A stretch of DNA of 64,000 bases from an uncultured Nitrospiraceae bacterium (GTDB lineage: Bacteria > Nitrospirota > Nitrospiria > Nitrospirales > Nitrospiraceae), in the NCBI GenBank assembly GCA_963706325.1, contig CAVPLT010000004.1, positions 640,001 through 704,000 of the forward strand, given 5' to 3'. The notes under the pieces are model-generated. The model worked only from the letters and a program-made list of their open reading frames with translations. It did no database searches and had not been told where the DNA came from. Below are positions 32,655 to 42,641 of this stretch, one piece after another. Every line of letters begins with the position of its first letter. Positions within the stretch are counted from its first letter, which is position 1. A program made the position numbers and the translations under genes.

Positions 32655-32861
32655 CTATTGGCCCGCAGTCACGCCATTCCTCAGCGCCTGACGGACCTCC
32701 GCGATCGAGAAGCGTAGGCCGCGGCCCTTGACTCCTATCTTGTAGAAGGGGACCTTCCCCGCCTGCACCATTTTGTAAAAGGTGGACCTCGACAAGCCTT
32801 GCGCAGCCGCGCACGCGTCGATGGGCACCAAGGGCTCCTTATTAACTTGCTCTGTCTCCAT
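32655..32861 (-). CDS. AlpA/excisionase-like HTH protein
   Basis: AAAQGLSRSTFYKMVQAGKVPFYKIG...LRFS; CAGGAGG RBS. Confidence 0.85.
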   Translation of the reverse strand: METEQVNKEPLVPIDACAAAQGLSRSTFYKMVQAGKVPFYKIGVKGRGLRFSIAEVRQALRNGVTAGQ

Positions 32862-33047
32862 AGAATGGCCTCCTGTTATCCGTGCGATTCACCGTGAAGC
32901 GCACATACGCCAGATGTATCAGGTGAAAGCAGGGTACGTAAGATGGAGTATTACGGTTCGACTGTCGTAACGTGAAATTACATGGTGGAGGATTGCTCAG
33001 GGGAGCGTAGGGAGAGAAATTACACTGGCGGGTACGACAGCTTAGAG

Positions 33048-33839
33048 CTACGGACGGCTACCAACTCGCAACGAGTCGGGCGTTCCGGCAAAGCGGGAGT
33101 TCCAGGCACTTAACAGTCGATGAAGCACCTTTGCAGCGCTCTTACGGGAATACGGCGGACGGGCTTGCATGAGCAGTTGCATGAGTTGTCGTCTCGCCTC
33201 TTTAACACGAGGGCTTTTTTTGCTGCTATGCATGGCCCTCGCATTTTTCAGAATCGTGTCTACCTCACTCACCTTCTTCAGGCCAGCTAGTAGCGCCTGT
33301 ATGTTGTCTATGTAAACATTATCCAACTGTGCGCGTAGCTTCTCGGGAAGGGGCGTAAGCCTGAGAGATTCCATGCTCTGGTTCATACACTCCCAGTTCT
33401 GACGGTCTTCCTTAATTAGTCTGCGCTGGGCGTCATTCATTCGTTGCAACGATTCGATGCCCTTTGCGTGCGTCTCGTCGAGCTGAGCCAACGCCTTCCA
33501 AACATCACGAGCCGCGATGCCCCGTGGAACAAATTCCTGCGTGATCACGTTCCTCGTAATGGTGTCATTCACTTGCATGAGCCGCAGCTCCGCGAGATAC
33601 ATGAGTCGCCTTTCCTCGAGAACGGATTGCTCCTCTGGCACAATGCGCGGCGGTCCTTGCGGTTTAAGCCGGAGGCTTATCTTCCGCCAAAGCCGGCCGA
33701 CTTGCACCAGGATGTCTCCCGGAGAATCCTTAGCAAACGATGGGGAAGGAGCGACCTTGCTCGGAGGAGGCGTATTAGTCTTCCTAGGCTTGGAAACGGT
33801 CGCCAAGCTATTGCTGCTGAGCTTACTTTTCCTCGGCAT
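33048..33839 (-). CDS. hypothetical basic protein
   Basis: 263-aa ORF with CAGGAGG RBS, downstream of a structured leader. Confidence 0.7.
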   Translation of the reverse strand: MPRKSKLSSNSLATVSKPRKTNTPPPSKVAPSPSFAKDSPGDILVQVGRLWRKISLRLKPQGPPRIVPEEQSVLEERRLMYLAELRLMQVNDTITRNVITQEFVPRGIAARDVWKALAQLDETHAKGIESLQRMNDAQRRLIKEDRQNWECMNQSMESLRLTPLPEKLRAQLDNVYIDNIQALLAGLKKVSEVDTILKNARAMHSSKKSPRVKEARRQLMQLLMQARPPYSRKSAAKVLHRLLSAWNSRFAGTPDSLRVGSRP

Positions 33840-33870
33840 GTTCCCTCCTGACGGGCTCCTGGAAAGGGGA

Positions 33871-33929
33871 GGGCAGCGCCAGCACCAGGAATGCTGGCCG
33901 GACGGGGATCAGCTCGCCGTTTGCTGCCC
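33871..33929 (-). ncRNA. C4/CI-like structured antisense or leader RNA (candidate)
   Basis: closing stem GGGCAGC/GCTGCCC enclosing two hairpins; one 7-nt loop (UUCCUGG) is complementary to downstream CCAGGAG and to the RBS. Confidence 0.6.
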
Positions 33930-33934
33930 GCTAG

Positions 33935-33963
33935 AGTGTAGCGTCAGGGAATCACGATGTGAA
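33935..33963 (-). promoter_or_regulatory. sigma70 promoter for the structured RNA and leftward operon
   Basis: minus strand TTCACA-17 nt-TACACT; predicted start coincides with the RNA 5' stem. Confidence 0.65.
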
Positions 33964-34113
33964 GGTTCGCTTCCTCTTACTCCTCGTTTCACAACGCTGT
34001 TCACGACAGTCCATAGTAAGTACTGCATTGCCCGCCTTGCCCTTCCTACTCCACAAAGGTACCATCGCCTTTTAACTAGGATTAAGCATTGGCAATAGAC
34101 GCCACTGAGGAAC

Positions 34114-34395
34114 ATGACCCAACGAGAAGATCAACTCCTGCGCGATGTCGTGAATGCGTTGTCCACCGCCATGGTGACAATCGTACGGGCCCTAGTGGTC
34201 CAGTCGGAGAAATCCGGGCATCCGATTAACGCGCATTCCATCGTTGCGGCGTTGAAACAGGCCGGGAGCTCGTCGCCCAATTTCTCTCATGACACTGAAA
34301 CCCGCACAATGCAGCTCACCATTCTGAAGAATATTGCCGACCAGTTGGAAAACGAGCACGCGAGAACAGAGCCGATTCCTCTGCCACCTGGCTAG
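34114..34395 (+). CDS. hypothetical protein
   Basis: GAGGA RBS, clean ORF. Confidence 0.55.
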   Translation: MTQREDQLLRDVVNALSTAMVTIVRALVVQSEKSGHPINAHSIVAALKQAGSSSPNFSHDTETRTMQLTILKNIADQLENEHARTEPIPLPPG

Positions 34396-34420
34396 CGTTA
34401 CTCGTACCTGAAGGATTGAA

Positions 34421-34570
34421 ATGGAACCACTCCTGTTAGAACATCGTCCGCTGGCGTTCAGTGAGCTGGCGGCCATGCTGGTGCGGTATGCGCACGATGC
34501 ACAGGTGACGCAGGTCATCGAAGAGGCCTTGAGACGGCGCTTGTCCGATGCACCCCAAGGAGCCGCCTAA
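34421..34570 (+). CDS. 49-aa protein, paralog of 56647-56829
   Basis: hand translation MEPLLLEHRPLAFSELAAMLVRYAHDAQVTQVIEEALRRRLSDAPQGAA; AAGGA RBS. Confidence 0.55.
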   Translation: MEPLLLEHRPLAFSELAAMLVRYAHDAQVTQVIEEALRRRLSDAPQGAA

Positions 34571-34948
34571 CTCGGTGAGCGCTTCATTCGCGAGCGGGTG
34601 CCGCTTCAGGCCCAATTGGCGAAACCAGGGCGCAATCATCATGCGCGTGACGGCATTCGGATCCAGGTCCTCCAGCTCGCCGAAGTACCGTCGCAACCGA
34701 GCCGCGCGGTTCGTGCCATCCTTCATCGTCGCCAGATGATACCGACGAAAGATCTCAAACCATTCCCGTAACCGCCAGGCCGACCGGCAGCGCTCCTGCA
34801 TGACGGTATCCGTCACCACAGGGAACCGCCGGCCAGCCAAGACAGTCGGCTTCATACTGCGCACGATCGACCTTGGGATCGGTCGTCGAGGGACCAGGGA
34901 GTGTGCGTCGTGCGTACATTCGAATAGCCTTACTTGCCGACGCCTCAC
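34570..34948 (-). pseudogene. N-terminal (core-binding/SAM-like) fragment of a second integrase
   Basis: EWFEIFRRYHL...RLRRYFGEL...VTRMMIAPWF...ANEALTEL; no catalytic domain follows. Confidence 0.5.
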
Positions 34949-35175
34949 CCTCGGCTTGCTCTTCCTCTTCGAGTACAGCGCGTCATCACCACTTTGACCA
35001 GGTAGGTATTCGGATTGGTTTCGCGCAGGCCCTTCAATTGCTCCACCGCGTCCGCTTTGTCCTCCGTCATCAACCCAGTGGGATTAAACGGCCCGCCATG
35101 CTCATCATTGCAGCATTCCCACATCACGTGGGTGTCTTGTGCTTGAACGGTCTCTTCGCTTTGCGTCGTTATCAT
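34945..35175 (-). CDS. hypothetical protein
   Basis: AAGGAG RBS, co-oriented run. Confidence 0.5.
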   Translation of the reverse strand: MITTQSEETVQAQDTHVMWECCNDEHGGPFNPTGLMTEDKADAVEQLKGLRETNPNTYLVKVVMTRCTRRGRASRG

Positions 35176-35178
35176 GGT

Positions 35179-35665
35179 CTAGCTCCTTGTGTGGGTAGAG
35201 AGTTTCGAGGCACATGAATGCACCCGATTGTGTGAACCGATGGGCTGAGCACGAAGAAACGCTTCCAGTTCGTCGAGCGTCGGGCTGCGGTCCGGAGTGA
35301 CTGTCACTGGCGTCGTTGGATCGCTCTTCCGAAAGAGTTGATACTCGCCGGAGTGTTTAGAGAAGAGTCTCGGCCGGGACTTTCGCACGACATAGCCACG
35401 TTCGGCGGCCAGCTGCCGCACGATGTTGTCGTGCAGTTCTGCAGGCGTCTTTTCCGGATTCCGCTCCCGCTTCAGGTAGATCTCAATCTCCGTCTAGCGT
35501 TGCCTCGAACTCGTCGCCCAGTAACACCCGATTGTTGACGAGATCGAGCAACCGATAGGCACCGCGATCGACGAGATCCTCTGGTTTGGGTCGTGAGACC
35601 CGACAGCCGCAACGTCTTGCCATTAGTGCCAGACGGCCCCGGTGGCGTTGTTCAATGGTGCTCAC
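35179..35665 (-). pseudogene. phage-like two-repeat hypothetical protein, frameshifted
   Basis: two ORFs share the pattern R.lA...G..V.ksRP....G.Y.L...TLDE. Confidence 0.45.
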
Positions 35666-35964
35666 TTGAGTTCCCTCCTTTCCTTTGCGGCCCTCAGTCC
35701 GAAATGTTGATTGAGGAGATGTCGAATGATCCCAGACGCGCTGGTGCCAGTCGCGCGAAGGGCATCCAACTTGGATTTAATGCGGGTGGGAATCTGTATG
35801 ACGAGTCTGGACATTTTCATCGTGCCCTCCAGTTCATATGAGATAGCGTATAGTTAATGCTATCTTAATGTCTACAATGCTGTCAAGTGATATGCAATTG
35901 AACATTCACTAGCTATCAGGTACCTTCTGTGGCTTGTTCAGTGACCGACTTGGAAGGATGTGCT

Positions 35965-36144
35965 GTGGCTAGACCGAAATCACCTTTTGTGCGAAGACTC
36001 TTCGCTTTACGATTGAGAGAGGAATTGTTGATTGAGCTGCGACACATAGCCCTAGATCGAAAACAGCCGGCCAATCAGCTTTTGGAATCGGCGATAGAAG
36101 ATTTTCTGAAGAAGCATCGAGAGAAGAAAAAGACTTCTGTCTGA
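35965..36144 (+). CDS. ribbon-helix-helix regulator (paralog of 29342-29509)
   Basis: FALRLREELLIELRHIALD...NQLLESAIEDFLKK. Confidence 0.7.
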   Translation: MARPKSPFVRRLFALRLREELLIELRHIALDRKQPANQLLESAIEDFLKKHREKKKTSV

Positions 36145-36538
36145 CATGGCACTGAACAAGTTTGCTCTTATCCTGATACATCCTCAGCTCGTCGATTTGC
36201 ATCTTTGGGAAGCGCATACCTGTGTCGTGGAGAGGGACATTTCAAAACCAGGGACTGTCACGTCCTTCGCTCTTTCCCACCAATGAAAAAGTGGGAGGAA
36301 AACGGCTGGCCATTGAGGAAGCGTGCACAGGAGTCATGGCGGTATTGGAAAGTGAAGGCAGCGCGTTGGATTTAATTCAGCTTCAGGTGTGGAATGAGGA
36401 GATTCGGCAGTATGGACCTAACGTCCAAAACGGGTCCGAATAAACACTCCGAGAGTCAGCGATGCAGGACCGCTTGAAGAAGCAGAGCGGGAAGAAGAAA
36501 ACCTAATAGCATCCTCATGCTTCTGCGGGACAGCAACC

Positions 36539-37020
36539 ATGCAGTACCGGCTGGAACAACGAATTCATACGCTGGCACGGAACCAAGCAGGAGAGCAATG
36601 GCCACGCCCCGAGTTCACAGTAGATGAAGTTCGCTTCTTATCTTGGAATTCCAGCGGATCTCATGTCGGGCAGGAGGGACAGTATTGGTTGGCGACTACA
36701 ACTCTGGTCGCGGATACTCTCTTCAAGGCTTGGGACGCATTCTCGGAAGAACTGTCAACACTCGTCCCGAAAATTGCCACTGTCAGCCAATGTTATACGG
36801 AATATGCCGACCAGCCTGTCCTCATACTAAAGGAAGGGTACCGACACGGCATTCTTACGCTATACCGAAGAGCGCCGGGTTGTCGGGATTAACCTTCGAC
36901 AATACAGAACTGAAGGGCCCTCACACACTTACTTCAATCGTCCCAAATTCCTAAAGAATTCTATTGGTATTGGAGTGATGCAATAAACTGCACCGGCTAT
37001 ACATCCAAACTAGTCTTGGC
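36539..37020 (+). pseudogene. broken hypothetical gene
   Basis: ORF 36539-36892 appears to continue in other frames and then truncates. Confidence 0.4.
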
Positions 37021-37158
37021 ACTGGCGGTCAGCCGGGCGCGAGATCTGGACCTGTGCGCGCTGCAAAAATGAGAAGGTGAAGAGGCGGGAGTAGTCTCGC
37101 CGGCACACACCAGTGCAGTCGTCCTTGGTCATTCACCTCCTAAATTTTGAAGGCGCGA

Positions 37159-37380
37159 ATGTTCCCTCCAAGCTTCGATCTCCATGTTGGGTTTCCGTCC
37201 TTGGTCGTCGGCGTTGCATTGTATTTTCTTCCTACCATCATTGCGTGGATGCGGGCTCACTACAATCGTCTAGCGATCTTGGCGCTGAACCTCCTACTGG
37301 GATGGACAGTCGTGGGATGGATCGTATCTCTAGTCTGGTCCTTTACTAATCCCCCACCGAGCACCAATCACCAGGCATGA
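37159..37380 (+). CDS. superinfection immunity (T4 Imm-like) membrane protein
   Basis: LYFLPTIIA..R.H.N..AI..LNLLLGWT..GW...LVW signature. Confidence 0.85.
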   Translation: MFPPSFDLHVGFPSLVVGVALYFLPTIIAWMRAHYNRLAILALNLLLGWTVVGWIVSLVWSFTNPPPSTNHQA

Positions 37381-37820
37381 CGGTCTTCAAGCTCGGCTTA
37401 CTCCTATTCTGGACGCTCTGGCTACTAGTCGTGTTTCTCACCAATGTGTTTGAGGGGCTCAAATTGCTCCGAATTGTGCCGCCGTATTGGAAGTTTGCCT
37501 CTCAGAATTTTCAAGCCATTGCGCAAGCGACTGGCACCTATCAGGCTCCCCCATGGATCCCGAAGATGCTATTTCTCGGGGTGCTCCTGTGGCAGTGCGT
37601 GGCACTCATCCTGTTTGGGCGAGCCGTCGTCTCAAGCTGGGCCAACTGGTCGTTGTCGATAGCTCCTGTGCACGAGGCATTCGGCGTCAGTCTTGGCCTC
37701 CTCGCAGCCTTCATGGTTGCCGATGAGATCTTTAAGCAGTACGAGGTCGAGCGCGCCCATGTCTTGTTCTTCGCTGCTCAGTTGGTCACTCTGCTAGCGT
37801 TCTACATCCTACCGGCCTAG
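37377..37820 (+). CDS. 4-TM membrane protein
   Basis: four hydrophobic segments; ATGA-coupled to the Imm-like gene. Confidence 0.75.
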   Translation: MTVFKLGLLLFWTLWLLVVFLTNVFEGLKLLRIVPPYWKFASQNFQAIAQATGTYQAPPWIPKMLFLGVLLWQCVALILFGRAVVSSWANWSLSIAPVHEAFGVSLGLLAAFMVADEIFKQYEVERAHVLFFAAQLVTLLAFYILPA

Positions 37821-37848
37821 TAAACTCTGGAGAGACATTACATCTGTC

Positions 37849-38440
37849 ATGCTCCGTTTCCAGAACAAACCAGATGAGATATTTATGATTCTCCTCAACG
37901 AGGCGATAGAGGACATGATTTGCTATGTCGAAATGGATGACGATGTGGATGAACGGCAGGATGCGCTCAGAGCCTCCATGCCACGAAGCTCAGAATTATT
38001 CGATGCCAGAGGAGCCATGGATCAGCTTCGAGCACTTCGGGAATGCTGAACAGCGACACGCTCTACAAACCAACTGACTATCATTGGCTGCTGTTATACG
38101 AATGCCTGAGGTCGTATTGTGACTATTTTAACGACGAGCGCATCGGTGATCTTTACAAGCTGCATCAGATCGAGTCTATCGACTTCGGGGGACTGATAGA
38201 ATGCTATTTCTGGGACACCGACTTTCTTAACGATGACATTCCGAACGTGTCGCTTGAAGTACGGCAAATGATGGGTGTTTCGTCCGAAACGTTCGGCCTC
38301 ACGGCTGGAATGAAGCCCCATCCCGACGAGCTTACGCTGGCAGTGTGTAATGTGGAGATGGTGGATGAGTTCAAAGAGCACCGAGACACGATTTTCATCC
38401 CTGGCTCGAAACTGTATCCGATCTTTCTCGGATCCCCAGG
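37849..38440 (+). pseudogene. acidic hypothetical protein split by frameshift(s)
   Basis: ORFs 37849-38049 and 38043- read as one gene; 3' end approximate. Confidence 0.5.
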
Positions 38441-38476
38441 AAAACTAGCTTCAGCCCAAAATGGTGGCCACGTACG

Positions 38477-38665
38477 ATGCAATCACCGTCCTACTGCAAA
38501 GCCTGTTTTGCCGCCATCGCGGCCGAAGAGTTGCCTGAAGATGCGGCACGATTGCACGAGCTCGACCACTACTGGGCGATGCGCCAAGACCTCAAGCACT
38601 CACAGGGGCGATGCGCTCGCTGTGGGAAAGAGGGTGACGTGGTCTATCACGAGGCGATTGGTTGA
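38477..38665 (+). CDS. small zinc-finger-like protein
   Basis: CKAC...CARC. Confidence 0.5.
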   Translation: MQSPSYCKACFAAIAAEELPEDAARLHELDHYWAMRQDLKHSQGRCARCGKEGDVVYHEAIG

Positions 38666-38729
38666 GGTGGAAAGCGGTGTCCGTAAACGTGGTCACACTA
38701 TGGCCCATTGCTTTAAGTCCTGGTATTAA

Positions 38730-38969
38730 TCACACCTTCAGCATCCCATAGCGTCGCGCGGCCTGAATCATCTCAGCTGCACTGGACACCCCTAATCGGC
38801 GCCTGAGGCTCTGGCGATGGCTGGAAACGGTGCCCGGGCCCACCTTGAGGCGCTGAGCAATCTGAGGGGTCGTGAGCCCAGCCACGATGGCGTTCAGCAC
38901 CTGCCGCTCACGTGCGGGGAGTTTCAATGGCTTCGTCGCGGGTATCGCGCTCTTCTTTCTCATGAACAC
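38730..38969 (-). CDS. stand-alone LuxR/GerE-type HTH protein
   Basis: LPARERQVL...GLTTPQIAQRLKVGPGTVSSHRQSLRRRLGV. Confidence 0.85.
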   Translation of the reverse strand: MFMRKKSAIPATKPLKLPARERQVLNAIVAGLTTPQIAQRLKVGPGTVSSHRQSLRRRLGVSSAAEMIQAARRYGMLKV

Positions 38970-39122
38970 CCCAGATTTGCAGGAATGATCAATGGCATGA
39001 TCTTAGGCGTCTTTTCCATCTCTTTTCACTCGTCATGTTCTACGCAAAAACCCTATACATTTCCGACGCCACTCTATATAATCATATTGACTCCCCACTT
39101 CTATAGAAAGGTAGGTGCCCCC

Positions 39123-40003
39123 ATGTGTAGCCCCTCACCACCAGCCACTCCCGACTTCAAAGGCGCAGCTCAGGAACAGGGAAGTGCCAACGTCGACGCC
39201 GCCCGCGCACAGGGCAAGCTCAACAATCCCAACGTCTACAGCCCTTACGGCTCGCAAACCGTCTCCTATGACGGCGATCAGCCGACCATCACGCAATCCT
39301 TCTCGCCTGAACAGCAGGCCATCTACGACCAGGGCAACGCGACGAAGCTCCAGCTCTCTCAACTGAGCGGGCAAGGGGCGCAAGCGCTGCAAGGCGTGGT
39401 CGGCAAGCAAGTGGACTTCGGCGGGGCACCATCAGCCCCCGGCGATTACTCGTCCATGCGCAACCAGACCATCGACGCCATGATGGCGCGTCCGAAAGAG
39501 GACTACGCCAGGGCCACCGATCAAGCGCAATCCGACCTCGTGGCGGCGGGCATTCGCCCCGGCACCAAAGCCTACGACGACAAGATGCAGCTGCTCCAGC
39601 GCGGGCTGAACGACGCGAACACGCAGGCCGCAGGCAACGCCGGGATCCTGACCTCGCAGGCCTACCAGATGGATATGGACCGCCGGAAGCAGGCCATTAC
39701 CGAACAGCTCGCACAACGCCAAGTGCCGCTCAACGAAATCACCGCGCTCATGTCAGGATCGCAAGTCAGCAACCCCTTCTCCACACCAGGCTTTGCCCAG
39801 AACGCGCAAGTCGGGGCCGCGCCGGTCTTTGCCGCGCAGCAGGCTGAGCAGCCAGTGGGGATCGAGACAATAACAACGCCGATAGAGCCGCCATGGGGAA
39901 CCTCCAGAACGGCATGTTCGCATTGGGCGCGGCCGGTATCAGTGCAATGGGTGGCGGGGGGGAGGCGGCAAGGGCGGGACCACGAACAACTACTATTAGG
40001 TTA
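39123..40003 (+). pseudogene. phage virion (internal/ejection-like) protein, 3' frameshifted
   Basis: PPATPDFKGAAQEQG.AN..AA..QGKLNNPN..SPYGS N-terminus; Gln/Ala-rich; frame breaks near 39860; end approximate. Confidence 0.55.
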
Positions 40004-40283
40004 CCGCGAAGGAGTGCGGATTTCCTTCCGCCTGGTCCAATCGTGGCCGTGTTCGGTGAGGGAGTTTAAGCCTATCGGTCTTTATACTGGAGGCCCTGGC
40101 GGTGGGTCATTGGAGTCTCTGCTCATCCTTGCGAGCATTGCAGTGATCTAGTAAGGACGACGCATAGTATTTGACGACGGCCAATTCCACGATGTTCATC
40201 GCTGGTCTGTCGTGCAAGGCCGGAGACAGTAGTGTCTCGCACAGTCGCGCGAAGTCTTGGATTTCTTGACGGGCGGTTTACAC

Positions 40284-40373
40284 TTACCACACCAGCCACG
40301 TGAGCACTACAACCCAAAACAACGAGCCCACCACAGCCATTTCCCAAATCAACAAGTAATCAGTGTCATGCAT
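40284..40373 (-). CDS. 29-aa single-TM peptide
   Basis: hand translation MHDTDYLLIWEMAVVGSLFWVVVLTWLVW. Confidence 0.35.
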   Translation of the reverse strand: MHDTDYLLIWEMAVVGSLFWVVVLTWLVW

Positions 40374-40727
40374 CCCTGTGCCGCGTCCTTCCATGAGGAT
40401 GAGGTCAAACGGCACAGTGGAACACGGCAGGGTTGGACGTGTCGATGTGTCGAATCAGGAGGTGCTAGAAGTACGTAAAAGGAAGCCATGGCCTGAGATG
40501 CGACAGGAGACCGTAAGCTTGAGGAAGCAGGGCATTGCCGGCAAACATCGCGCCTATCTGCTGATCAACAATCGATCGGAAGGCAATGCGCCGCTGACGA
40601 TGGGTTCAATGAGATCAGCGGATCGGCTTACGCGAAGAATTCAACGTCTATCGATAATGTGAAGAGAATATAAAAGCTAGGGTTTCTAGCAGCCCACCCT
40701 CGAGACGATGCCTGGTAGACTCAGGGA

Positions 40728-41234
40728 ATGTCCAATACAAAGAAGTTACCGGACGAACGCGCTTCACGCGCCTCACAGAACGTCCAAGGGTCCCCCCGCT
40801 TCCCCGCAAGAGTGACAATCCTCGTGATCGACGATGAGGAGACGGTGCGCGGCCTCTTCCGGGCGATTCTCGAGCCGGTGGGGTATGCCGTCGTGGAGGC
40901 CGAAAATGGTCAGCAGGGTATTCGTTGTTTTCGAGAGTCGCCGACAGATGTCGTGATCACCGATATGTATATGCCGCAGGGAGACGGCTTGGAAGTGATC
41001 CGCCAGCTACGACCGGCCTATCCCGCGCTCAAGATTCTCGCGGTGTCCGGCTCGGGAGGCACAGAAAACCTGCTCAGCAAGGCACGTGGATTCGGTGCGG
41101 ATGCGATTCTGTCCAAACCCGTCGGCGTAGAAGAACTGCGCGCGACCATGGCAAACCTCCTGGATCACACTGGATTGAATGGGCTTCCGCCCCTCACGCC
41201 CAGGCTACACGGCTCTAGAGATCTTCCTAGCTGA
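40728..41234 (+). CDS. single-domain response regulator
   Basis: ILVIDD, VITDMYMP, LSKP. Confidence 0.88.
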   Translation: MSNTKKLPDERASRASQNVQGSPRFPARVTILVIDDEETVRGLFRAILEPVGYAVVEAENGQQGIRCFRESPTDVVITDMYMPQGDGLEVIRQLRPAYPALKILAVSGSGGTENLLSKARGFGADAILSKPVGVEELRATMANLLDHTGLNGLPPLTPRLHGSRDLPS

Positions 41235-41342
41235 CGATCGCAAAGCGAGTGGTAGGGTGCTACACTCCATGGCACTTTGCAGTCAGCTTTCCTTACACTT
41301 TGCGCGCGTAATACCCGTCGCCGCCCATCGCATGAGGACACC

Positions 41343-41924
41343 ATGCCCCGTTTAAGTTCGACCCTGTCTCACCCCCTACCGTGGGGCAGTCACCTCTGTG
41401 CGTTCTACCGGTCTGGCGCTGACCTCCAGACGTTGGCAGGCTCCTTTATCGAGGCCGGGCTAGAGGACCATGAAGGCTGTCTCTGGATTCTTCCCGTCTG
41501 GCTCAGCGCATGGGATGCGACGACGGCCTTGCAACGCCCCATTCCACAAATTCATGACTACATGAGGACGGGGCAACTGGAACTCGTCTCCTCGAATCAG
41601 TGGTACCGGCCGGAGGCCCCATTAGACGCCGAGGCAATCTTCGCGGACTGCATGCGGAGGGCAGTCCAGATGGCACCACGTTTTGCGGGGCTACGGGTGA
41701 CGGGTGATACGTCGTGGCTGCAGTCCCCTGACCAGCGCGCCCAATTCCTCGACTATGAACACAAAGTGGGTCAGGCCACCGACAAGGCGAACATTGTGGC
41801 TTTATGTACCTACCCGGCCGCCAGTTGGGGTCCGACTGACATGCTCAAGGTGCTTGAATGCCATGACTCCCTCCTCCTGTCCGGCCAGCGTGGATGGCAG
41901 ATCGTTGAGAGAGACGGCGACTGA
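41343..41924 (+). CDS. stand-alone MEDS-domain sensory protein
   Basis: LPWGSHLCAFY, GLRVTGDTSW, FLDYE, ALCTY. Confidence 0.85.
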   Translation: MPRLSSTLSHPLPWGSHLCAFYRSGADLQTLAGSFIEAGLEDHEGCLWILPVWLSAWDATTALQRPIPQIHDYMRTGQLELVSSNQWYRPEAPLDAEAIFADCMRRAVQMAPRFAGLRVTGDTSWLQSPDQRAQFLDYEHKVGQATDKANIVALCTYPAASWGPTDMLKVLECHDSLLLSGQRGWQIVERDGD

Positions 41925-42344
41925 GAGTGTCTAGCGCCCAGCCGTGAGTTCTCCCAGTATGCTACTCAGTCATGACGTGTCTGGAGTCGCTTCAGAATAG
42001 GAGTGCGGTTCTTCGGTTCGCCACAGCGCGCAGAGTATCCTCGCCGCTGGATGAGCTGGCCATCAGGGGTCCAGGTAAGCGTCCGATGGGGACACATTCC
42101 GGATCGTCGGGAAAAAATATCTCCATGCCGCGACTCTACGGAAGCCGCCGTGGTGAAGGACATTCCACGGAGGATGGGAACGGCTGTCCGAGTGGTGAAG
42201 GCGAGGCGAGCGATCGTTGGCCTACCATGGGACCTTCCTCGACTTAACCCTACTGAAGTCCCCCTGGTACAGTCTCAGCCTGCAATGGGCTGGGCGGGTA
42301 CGGGGCTTCCCCTAGTGGTGGGGTCTTATCGTGTGCTGTAGCAT

Positions 42345-42576
42345 GGCACCTATGTTGGCGAAGTTCTTCAAAGCTTTCCTGGAGAAGTACACCTGTGCAG
42401 TATGCCGTCGATATCAGGCGACGCATGGGCTCCTGTGCGTCGAATGCCACTTAGACGAACGGCTATCGCTACGCGCTGGTGTCAGGTCTTCCCAGTCCAT
42501 CAACGGTGAGATGGACGGGGTCCTACCGACATTCGACTTGCCTACCAGCCACTCCACATTTGTTCAGAGCCACTGA
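42345..42576 (+). CDS. small zinc-finger-like protein
   Basis: CAVC...LCVEC. Confidence 0.4.
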
Positions 42577-42641
42577 TTTGCCAGGGTGTCTCCCCGTAGC
42601 GTCGAACCCTTCCGCTGCCCTCCGTAAGAGAAGGCTTAACC

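Noticed and set aside
38817..40151. 444-aa ORF as a single gene
   Set aside because: N-terminal part is antisense to the LuxR gene and the C-terminal part is frameshift read-through; the plausible gene starts at ATG 39123
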